IMG/VR virus record: IMGVR_UViG_3300046517_002304
Location: 248,001-312,000 of that record
Reading direction: 5' to 3' (one strand)
DNA: 64,000 bases
Below, in pieces: positions 57,133-64,000 of the stretch. The translations under genes and the position numbers were made by a program. Numbering within the stretch: the stretch's first letter is position 1; each line of letters starts with the position of its first letter. The notes below the pieces were generated by a model. That model was not told the DNA's origin. It worked only from the letters and a program-made list of their open reading frames with translations, and ran no database searches.

Positions 57133-57486
57133 CTACTCAATTACGTGTGTTTGACCCCGACCTTGCTTGCCGTGATTCCAGTTTGCACCATTAATATCTT
57201 GCACTGAATGAATATGAAATTCCATATTATAATAATAGTGATTTCCTCGTTCTCCTTTAAACCACATTGACTTGCCTTCTGGAACATCTTGTATGAAAGT
57301 GATGGGCGGTTCGCTATCATACGGGTCAATTCTGTAAAGCTTTAGCTTGTCGCCATCGGCCACCAGAACGGAAAATGTACGTACGTCATGCATAAAAAGA
57401 CGCTCAAAATTAAACTGGTCTACTACATGAGGAGGAGCATAAACACATCCCACAACCAACAGCAGCAGTGGAAGAAAACATTTCAT
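57133..57486 (-). CDS. Putative lipoprotein
   Basis: Lipobox-like LVVGC. Confidence 0.65.
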   Translation of the reverse strand: MKCFLPLLLLVVGCVYAPPHVVDQFNFERLFMHDVRTFSVLVADGDKLKLYRIDPYDSEPPITFIQDVPEGKSMWFKGERGNHYYYNMEFHIHSVQDINGANWNHGKQGRGQTHVIE

Positions 57487-57496
57487 GATTTGTTTC

Positions 57497-57808
57497 TTAT
57501 ATTGAGAAATCGGGTTCGTAAACTTCTGTTTGCTTATTTATAGAGCCATCCAGCACATCTTGAAAATCTCTCGCAATATTAATTTGCTCATATTTAATCT
57601 CCATAATCTTATCGCAGCAATCTCTGAGTTTATAAAAACTAATACCAGTTCGTTGCCTAAGAGCGTCGTTCAGTACGCCCATATCACAGATATTGACGCC
57701 AAGGTCTTCAATCTGATTAGCAGCACTGTTTAGGCATGCTACCAGTTTATCTAATCTTCTGATAGAGTCCCAGCTAATAACATCGCGTATATGATACTTA
57801 GGTCGCAT
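57497..57808 (-). CDS. Hypothetical protein
   Basis: 103-aa ORF. Confidence 0.65.
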   Translation of the reverse strand: MRPKYHIRDVISWDSIRRLDKLVACLNSAANQIEDLGVNICDMGVLNDALRQRTGISFYKLRDCCDKIMEIKYEQINIARDFQDVLDGSINKQTEVYEPDFSI

Positions 57809-57987
57809 TAGATGTACCGAACAGGTCGGATTGCGTCAACGATGAACGGAGCAAGAAACATGGCAAAACAACCCCAAAAGAAGTTGACTTCTCCACCGCG
57901 CAAGCACCACATGATGGGACCGCCAATCAGTCCCATAGCAAGACCTTGCCAAAGTGTCTTCCAGCCAATGCATCCAGTTGTCATGAT

Positions 57988-58248
57988 TCAATCTTTCAGT
58001 TGAAATTTATCAAACATCAACAAACATTCCAACTTGTTTTTTGTATCATTCATAATATTGCCGCAACCTAAACTAATTGCAGCAGTTGACAATGCGGCCA
58101 AAGCACCAGCAGCATCGTTGCCTTCAAGGCATTCCCACTGAACACTCTGGTTATTCCAGATTTCTTTCGGGAGGCCAATGCCATCGGCCCACATACGGAA
58201 CCAGATATCGATTTGTTCAACTCGTTCAGGAGTAGCTGGAGGCATCAT
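57988..58248 (-). CDS. Hypothetical protein
   Basis: AAGGA SD. Confidence 0.65.
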   Translation of the reverse strand: MMPPATPERVEQIDIWFRMWADGIGLPKEIWNNQSVQWECLEGNDAAGALAALSTAAISLGCGNIMNDTKNKLECLLMFDKFQLKD

Positions 58249-58267
58249 GGTTTTCCTTTATTGTAAG

Positions 58268-58351
58268 TGCCGGAAGAGGGATTTGAACCCACACACCCCG
58301 AAGGATACGACATTTTAAGTGTCGTGCGGCTGCCAATTACGCCATTCCGGC
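58268..58351 (-). tRNA. tRNA-Leu(TAA)
   Basis: GCCGGAA/TTCCGGC acceptor, CTTAAAA loop, long variable arm, TTCAAAT T-loop. Confidence 0.9.
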
Positions 58352-58364
58352 CTGTTTCGTCCGC

Positions 58365-58553
58365 TTAATCCTTTTCCCCTAACGGCGAAATATCCCACCA
58401 AAACCGTACGCCAAAAAATATAGCAACCATTGTGATTGAAGTAATAAGAAACTCAAGTTTACCGATTTGAGCATCATGATAGTGTGTAATCCAGATAGCG
58501 CCGCACTGTGCAGAGAAAAGAGCCAGTGCAACATCTCTAATAGTTCTTTTCAT
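58365..58553 (-). CDS. Small membrane protein
   Basis: Two TM segments; similar to 60491-60685. Confidence 0.55.
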   Translation of the reverse strand: MKRTIRDVALALFSAQCGAIWITHYHDAQIGKLEFLITSITMVAIFFGVRFWWDISPLGEKD

Positions 58554-58738
58554 GATTTGTTCCAGTTATTTATTAAACTAGTTTTGCAACAATAAACATT
58601 CACAAAAGCGAGCCAGAGCGGAGAACTAGAAACCACAAAGACTACTGCTGCTATTGAGTTTATTGCCGGGTCTGTACGCTAGGCTAGCATACTTTTCAGT
58701 AGCTTGCTTCGGTCAGGTGAATGCCTATGGATAACTAA

Positions 58739-59041
58739 CTACTTTGAATCTTTTTCCATCTTTCCTTGCGACCAGCCGTTAAGCCACAAAGCGGCCTCAG
58801 CCGTCTTATCGCCGTGCCATGCACTAGATGCGCGTTGCCACGGATTTGCTTCCGACGATGCGCCAGCACGACCAGCTAACTTACCAGATTCAAAAATAGA
58901 ATTTACATAAGCCTGTTGTTTGGCCGCTCTGTTTTCTGCCTCAATTTGACTCCCGCGAAGATGGATGTGAAGGCAACCGCCGACGCACAATAAGCCAATT
59001 ATCCAAAAGATTATTTTCTTCATTTTATTTCTCCACCACAA
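58739..59041 (-). CDS. Membrane-anchored Rmf-like protein
   Basis: TM + SIFESGKLAGRAG...NPW...WLNGW. Confidence 0.6.
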   Translation of the reverse strand: MWWRNKMKKIIFWIIGLLCVGGCLHIHLRGSQIEAENRAAKQQAYVNSIFESGKLAGRAGASSEANPWQRASSAWHGDKTAEAALWLNGWSQGKMEKDSK

Positions 59042-59064
59042 AGAATGCCAACTGCGAACTCAAC

Positions 59065-59298
59065 TCAAATAGCTTCACCGATATCTGATAGCATTCTTAT
59101 TTTTACATTTACTCCACCATCTAATAGCTTCTTTACCCATCTTTCGCTGCGGCCAATTCTTTGGGCCAACTGTAAATTAGTGATATGTTTCTCTTGCATA
59201 ATCTCACAAATTACTTCAGTAACATCAAGAATTAACTTTTCTTGGAAGAAAAGCTTTTTGTATTTTTCGCTTGTCCTAATAATCATTACGGCACCCAT
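59065..59298 (-). CDS. XRE-like helix-turn-helix protein
   Basis: ITNLQLAQRIGRSERWVKKLL. Confidence 0.6.
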   Translation of the reverse strand: MGAVMIIRTSEKYKKLFFQEKLILDVTEVICEIMQEKHITNLQLAQRIGRSERWVKKLLDGGVNVKIRMLSDIGEAI

Positions 59299-59696
59299 TT
59301 AGTTCTGGAAGCAGGATGGCTATCATAAGTTCTAATGTAATAATCATCCTTTTCCTTACCAGGAGCCTTTGTGGGAGCAGGCGATACTTTACCACGAGGC
59401 GGGGGAGATACGTCATTTGCCAATGAACCAAGGAAGAACATGCCAAAAATTATAGTTAATATAAAACAACTGCCAGCCAAACAGCCATAACTTTCAGCGT
59501 GCGAACGATACTCATTCCACTTAACTGTGCCGCTTTTAGCGGTAGCTGATTTATAGACTCCATTATGCCAGTCCAGCTTTACTGTTGAATCATACGATTT
59601 ATTAGAAAGCTGCTGCCTGTTGTACTGCATTTTCCAAAAAGTAGCGGTCAATGCGAGAAGAACCAGCACTACCATTCCGATAATAGCGGTCATCAT
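59286..59696 (-). CDS. Membrane protein
   Basis: Two TM segments. Confidence 0.65.
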   Translation of the reverse strand: MMTAIIGMVVLVLLALTATFWKMQYNRQQLSNKSYDSTVKLDWHNGVYKSATAKSGTVKWNEYRSHAESYGCLAGSCFILTIIFGMFFLGSLANDVSPPPRGKVSPAPTKAPGKEKDDYYIRTYDSHPASRTKWVP

Positions 59697-59905
59697 TGTG
59701 GCACCTTCTCTTTTAAGATATGGTATTCAGTGCCGCCCAACTCCTTATAAAGATTGCGAACTTTGCGATAGAGAAGAATAAGCTGAGTATCCATGGTTGC
59801 TGAAGTGCCTTGGTCGTTGCGGAATCCATAATGGCGATCCCATAACTCTTCTGTTCTAGAGAGAGTTTTGTGCAACTCAGCGGTAATTTGTTTTTTAGTT
59901 CTCAT
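59693..59905 (-). CDS. Hypothetical protein
   Basis: ATGA-coupled. Confidence 0.6.
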   Translation of the reverse strand: MRTKKQITAELHKTLSRTEELWDRHYGFRNDQGTSATMDTQLILLYRKVRNLYKELGGTEYHILKEKVPQ

Positions 59906-60091
59906 TAATATTCTTTCTTACAGCCCGGACAAACCGTATCCTTGCGAGAAATGATTTCGGCATGAGCCTCGCAATACCAAACACAATGCTTGCCACACGC
60001 ATACATTACTGTAGCAGTGCTACGGCATCCGCCTGGGGCCGCACATATTCTTCTCTTAGGAGTTTTCTTTTTCATAAGATTTAAAGGATAA

Positions 60092-60400
60092 CTAGAAAGC
60101 GAACCTAGCGGTCAAGACTTCAAGATGACGCATACCGCTCAACTCTTCGTCATCATCGTCAATACCAATCCCCTCATCAAATTCTTCGCTATCTTCATCA
60201 ATATCGTCGTCGTCAAACTCATCGTCTTCATCATCAAACTCGTCGCTTTCAAATAATTCGTCGTCGTCTTCGTCATCAAAATCGTCTTCATCTTGATCGT
60301 CAAAGTCAATATCGTCTTCGTCAATTTCGCCGAAGTCTTCGTCTTCTTCGTTAATTTCATTAACGAGCAAATCAAGTTCATCGGGATTAGGATTGCTCAT
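60092..60400 (-). CDS. Extremely acidic Asp/Glu-rich protein
   Basis: Long D/E runs with periodic F/I/L; stop in octamer. Confidence 0.7.
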   Translation of the reverse strand: MSNPNPDELDLLVNEINEEDEDFGEIDEDDIDFDDQDEDDFDDEDDDELFESDEFDDEDDEFDDDDIDEDSEEFDEGIGIDDDDEELSGMRHLEVLTARFAF

Positions 60401-60490
60401 GATTTCATTCCTTTTGGTGTACGATGGGGAAGGTGCGGGCCGAACGGGAATGTATCCCTGATATCCAACCGTTCCTTACCCCATTTATTT

Positions 60491-60685
60491 TTACTTAGAA
60501 TTGTCAAACAATAGTTTGAAAAACCACCTCACCACATAAAAAACAATAATTATAAAAGCCGAACACCATAAATAATCACCCTTGCCCACTTTTACATCTT
60601 GGTATCCCAAGACCATTACGGCCCCAATTACGCCGGCAAGAATAGCCAGCAAGGTATCTTTGAAAAACTGTGCAACATTCATCAT
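60491..60685 (-). CDS. Small membrane protein
   Basis: Two TM segments. Confidence 0.55.
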   Translation of the reverse strand: MMNVAQFFKDTLLAILAGVIGAVMVLGYQDVKVGKGDYLWCSAFIIIVFYVVRWFFKLLFDNSK

Positions 60686-60837
60686 GATGATTTTTCCTTT
60701 ATGGATTGTGATGGATAACTAAAAACAAAAAGCTATCCCGACTGCGACGATTGCCAGAAGCCACACAGAAATCATAATGGCTACAAAAGAATAGGCAAGC
60801 AACATTCCTAATCCGTAATATGAAAAGTTAGGGTTTT

Positions 60838-61041
60838 TCATATTACGCAATCAATCTCTATAACGGAACCGACAATACATTTGACTTCCCATAGGTTAAA
60901 CTCAAAGTTGTTTACAGAAAACCCGCCAAGAGTAAGGTCAGCCAGCTCACCCTTCATCAATATCTGTGCTTGACTATTAATTAGGGCAACTTTAGCCTTT
61001 TTTAACTTCAAAAGTTGCTCATAGATTTGCTTGGAAGGCAT
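60838..61041 (-). CDS. Hypothetical protein
   Basis: ATG 10 nt after octamer. Confidence 0.6.
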   Translation of the reverse strand: MPSKQIYEQLLKLKKAKVALINSQAQILMKGELADLTLGGFSVNNFEFNLWEVKCIVGSVIEIDCVI

Positions 61042-61082
61042 ATTTGCCTATGGATAACTAAAATTATATACTATCTTATAGT

Positions 61083-61302
61083 ATGTTCAAAGTAGAGCGG
61101 CATCATATCAAAGAAAATCCTGAAATTATACGTCTTTGCACGCTCAGTAAGGAGTTGTATAACAAGTGTAATTACTACAAAAGTAATCCAGGACAGTGAA
61201 TTTCTTGCTCAACTGGATAGGAGCCTTGTCGCAAGGCCAAAAGTAGTTAATCCATTAAAATCTAGTTGCGTAAAACGGCAGCTAGAGGGTTATATTGCTT
61301 AA
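61083..61302 (+). mobile_element. Internally deleted tnpB (IS200/IS605-type) remnant
   Basis: MFKVERHHIK...LCTLSKELYNKCNYY joined out of frame to KVIQD...DRSLVARPKVVNP; downstream hairpin. Confidence 0.55.
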
Positions 61303-61345
61303 ACTGAGTTATTAATATTACTTAGAACGATAACTAAATAATTAT

Positions 61346-62146
61346 ATGCGTTTTTCCGAATTCTTAGATGAAATGGCGTTCAGCACTGGAGTAGTGCCAA
61401 ATGAACACAAACAGCTATTGCAATTTGATGACACCGATAAACAATTATATCAATGGGCTAAAGCAAAGTTTAATGCTGTTGCTGCGGCTAAAGTTATATT
61501 AGCCAGATATGGATATTTAAGGCCAGACCTACAGCAAAAGGCGATAGAATCTGGCGTTTACTTTAAAGACATAAATGAAAATGTACCAGGCAGTCCAGGA
61601 ATTCTAGTTTTTAAAAATAAAGAGTTTCCGATACAGTCTAATATCAGAGAATTAAGAAACAGAATCAAAGACCAAATACCGCTGCTTACTAGATGGGGAG
61701 GCCGCGCACCTTCAGCAAAGACAGGCATAGATTATGATAGGTTGAGTAAGGGCTTCCAGCTCAACTATCACGCAAAAGCCGATTATTCTAATAATGAGTT
61801 ATGGCAATCAATTATTAAGGCCGATGGGTCAAGGTGTAATTCTCAAGAAGAGTTCAAACAAGAATTTACAAACCCGCACGCTCTTAATTTTAATATGAAA
61901 TTAGGGAGTACTCACGTTGACCACGATCAAATCATAAGGTTGATTAATGATCGGATCAAAAGTAAATTTGGGTCAGTCGCTCCCCCGGGGGATATTAAGA
62001 AAGTATTAGATTATTTATACCTTAACCTCGGCAAGATCGCCAGCAATAGCGGTACAATTCAGTCATCTATCGGAGCCGTTTTTAGGGACTGGGAATATAA
62101 AAATTCTGGGGACAAAGGCAGCTACACGCCTAACTACATCCCATAA
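61346..62146 (+). CDS. Putative late/virion-internal protein
   Basis: TAAATA 5 nt upstream; N-terminal MRFSEFLDE. Confidence 0.7.
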   Translation: MRFSEFLDEMAFSTGVVPNEHKQLLQFDDTDKQLYQWAKAKFNAVAAAKVILARYGYLRPDLQQKAIESGVYFKDINENVPGSPGILVFKNKEFPIQSNIRELRNRIKDQIPLLTRWGGRAPSAKTGIDYDRLSKGFQLNYHAKADYSNNELWQSIIKADGSRCNSQEEFKQEFTNPHALNFNMKLGSTHVDHDQIIRLINDRIKSKFGSVAPPGDIKKVLDYLYLNLGKIASNSGTIQSSIGAVFRDWEYKNSGDKGSYTPNYIP

Positions 62147-62298
62147 GCGTAATCGTTCAGTCCACCGATTTCTACTCCACGCTTGCCCCTAATAAGCATC
62201 GCTTTCCGCTCTCTCCGCGAAAGGACGGGAACGTAAACTAAAATCCACTCGCCCTTATGGGCTGGTTTTCGCTTTTTGCGTTTTATGATTGGCACGAT

Positions 62299-62556
62299 TC
62301 ACCATCCCCACAGAACATTATGGATTAAATATATAGCCAATGCCGGCCCTTCCATTATTAAAAAGAAAAGGCTAATGGTTAGACACCAAGCGTACATGTC
62401 TTCATTAATATAATTCAGAGTATTTTCAAACTTATACTTATAATACCATGCCGTAAGAGCAAATAGTGCCGCCACAAAGGCAAATACTATCATTGCTGCA
62501 ACTGCTAGTGGCATTGTGGGCGCTGTTCTTCTGCTTGTTTGATCCAAGTAGAGCAA
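62299..62556 (-). CDS. Membrane protein
   Basis: Two TM segments. Confidence 0.55.
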   Translation of the reverse strand: MLYLDQTSRRTAPTMPLAVAAMIVFAFVAALFALTAWYYKYKFENTLNYINEDMYAWCLTISLFFLIMEGPALAIYLIHNVLWGW

Positions 62557-62665
62557 TAGCCGATGCTATCATCATCATGCCAGCATGACCGTACTTTGCC
62601 AATCCAGTACATCACAAGGATATCACTGGATTGTTTGGCAACAGCTTCGCAATATTGCCAAAAAC

Positions 62666-62965
62666 TCACTTAACTTCCTCTACCAAGAGGATTTCTTCGT
62701 CCGGCTGCTCTTCAGTAATTCGATCTCTTGCATGTTTCTTAGACACACACTGGAGAACAAAATACTTGCCGGATTTTGTTTCAATTCGCCAAGGGGCAGA
62801 CTTAGAAAGCCCTTCAATGTTAGCCTTCTTGGGTTCCGCTTCAACGGCGACAGGAGCCGCCACCTCAACTGCTTTCTTCTTCATTGTTTTCCTTACATGA
62901 ACTTCGGTGCCATTTTCGGTTGTCTGGCTACCAGATGCGGTTTCAGAACCTTTTTTCTTCATCAT
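62666..62965 (-). CDS. Hypothetical protein
   Basis: ATG 10 nt after octamer. Confidence 0.7.
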   Translation of the reverse strand: MMKKKGSETASGSQTTENGTEVHVRKTMKKKAVEVAAPVAVEAEPKKANIEGLSKSAPWRIETKSGKYFVLQCVSKKHARDRITEEQPDEEILLVEEVK

Positions 62966-63207
62966 GTCTTTCTATGGATAACTAAGGTTTGATTTTAAAA
63001 ACAATCATTCGGCTAATCCGCAAGTATCCCGGTGTTGCCACCCTGGTTTCACAGAGCTTAACCGAACAATTGTCTTATGTCTTTTTTGGCTTCGGCCACT
63101 TCAGATCTGCGGAATTCACAACCCCTTTACCCCGCCATTTTCCCTGAAGTCGGTCCCACAGTCGCCACTTGTCTCCATCCCGACGCATAATAAATCTGAT
63201 TTTCATC

Positions 63208-63519
63208 TTACGCCTTCTTCAATCCAGCGCCGGGGGTTTTCTTCTTGGCCGAAAAATGAATTCGGTTACTGTTGTCGTAATGCCATTCGAATCTGGAATC
63301 GCCGCGAACCAGACCCTTCATAGCCCACACCAAATCTTTATCGTCGCAAGAAATGGAAACCATTGAACCGCTGATGAGCGTCTTCAAGTGTTCCGCTGCT
63401 TTGCTTGCGGCAGCATTCTGAGTCGCTTCACGACGACGCTCAAATCCGTCTCGCTTACGCTTCTCTTTATTCCAATCTCCGAGGGAAAACCCTTCAGCGA
63501 AGTTGCCCTTGCCAGCCAT
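63208..63519 (-). CDS. Hypothetical basic protein
   Basis: AAGGA SD. Confidence 0.7.
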   Translation of the reverse strand: MAGKGNFAEGFSLGDWNKEKRKRDGFERRREATQNAAASKAAEHLKTLISGSMVSISCDDKDLVWAMKGLVRGDSRFEWHYDNSNRIHFSAKKKTPGAGLKKA

Positions 63520-63571
63520 TTTAATTTCCTTTAAAAAAGGTTATTGAATTGTTATGAACTAGTATGGATAA

Positions 63572-63769
63572 CTAAATTTCGATAATGTCTACAACAACGT
63601 CTTTTTCATCTAATATCAAAACTAAACATTCGGCATGTTTCTTATATTCATACAAATCTTTGTTATTCAAATTATCATTAGGTTTTTTGCGAACAGTTAG
63701 ATAACCCATTTTAACTAAATACTTTTCGGCTTTACCTACCTTCATTCCGATTGCGTTTGTTGTTTTCAT
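63572..63769 (-). CDS. Hypothetical protein
   Basis: Coupled; stop in octamer. Confidence 0.65.
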   Translation of the reverse strand: MKTTNAIGMKVGKAEKYLVKMGYLTVRKKPNDNLNNKDLYEYKKHAECLVLILDEKDVVVDIIEI

Positions 63770-63969
63770 ATCTTGATAATTCTTGGGAATGCTTTTAATA
63801 TAACCTTATCAAATGCCTTACAGCAATCTTGCTGCAACCTGTCTATTACGGCATGTCTCCACGCGATATGAGATGGGCTAAGAAGACCCCCTGTAGGAGG
63901 GTCAACCTTATAATGCTTTTTCATACCTTGAAAAAATTGATCTTGCGATAAGCCAGTATCATTGTTCAT
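63766..63969 (-). CDS. Hypothetical protein
   Basis: ORF in cluster. Confidence 0.6.
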   Translation of the reverse strand: MNNDTGLSQDQFFQGMKKHYKVDPPTGGLLSPSHIAWRHAVIDRLQQDCCKAFDKVILKAFPRIIKI

Positions 63970-64000
63970 AGCAACTTCTTGAGTAAATAAACCGCTTCTG

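Larger units (their letters stand above)
11406..63573 (-). repeat. Dispersed polar octamer AGTTATCC (GGATAACT on +) at gene junctions
   Basis: About 110 copies by hand (e.g. 11674, 12102, 13249, 14243, 31207, 39284, 47293, 63566) plus about 20 inverted; about 1 per strand expected by chance. Confidence 0.95.

Noticed and set aside
11406-63573. CRISPR array interpretation of the recurrent motif
   Set aside because: The repeat is only 8-9 bp, intervals are irregular (tens to over 1000 bp) and mostly coding, and no cas genes are visible.
11406-63573. Classical integron with attC sites
   Set aside because: GTTATCC does not fit GTTRRRY, most junctions lack a long hairpin, and no IntI is present in the window; kept only as an analogy.
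1-64000. Stop-codon reassignment (TAG read-through)
   Set aside because: Recognisable genes are intact under code 11, TAG coincides with plausible gene ends, the helicase halves are in different frames, and no suppressor tRNA was seen.

Overview
This window looks like part of a large (jumbo/T4-like) bacteriophage genome; a Planctomycetota host is inferred but not shown. No structural-gene or polymerase module is present. Zone 1 (1-2.8 kb and 61.3-62.1 kb) holds AT-rich genes with TAAATA-type late promoters and N-termini resembling capsid-targeting signals; two of them look like ADP-ribosyltransferases. Zone 2 (3.0-11.1 kb) is one sigma70-type promoter followed by a translationally coupled array of about 26 paralogous ~90-aa genes. 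They share an MKA(E/S/T)VKI start and a (Y/H)E(Y/F)R..G(W/L/Y)E end, with hypervariable cores. Zone 3 (11.4-64 kb) has over 100 small minus-strand genes, 3 tRNAs and several structured non-coding units. It is punctuated by the octamer AGTTATCC (coding strand; GGATAACT on +), about 110 copies in one orientation and about 20 inverted by hand count. The octamer often contains the upstream stop codon and often sits exactly 10 nt before an ATG with no Shine-Dalgarno (SD). It also builds larger structures: 27-28-bp inverted pairs, 77-78-bp inverted-repeat elements next to terminators, a 46-bp-period triplet, and an insert splitting a UvrD-like helicase. This octamer-based gene-unit architecture is the best candidate for an undescribed system. 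Recognisable genes: split SF1 helicase, ParB-like protein, HNH endonuclease, isochorismatase-like hydrolase, prepilin-type protein, Rmf-like membrane proteins, and an internally deleted tnpB. All counts are manual and all functions come from motif recognition only.
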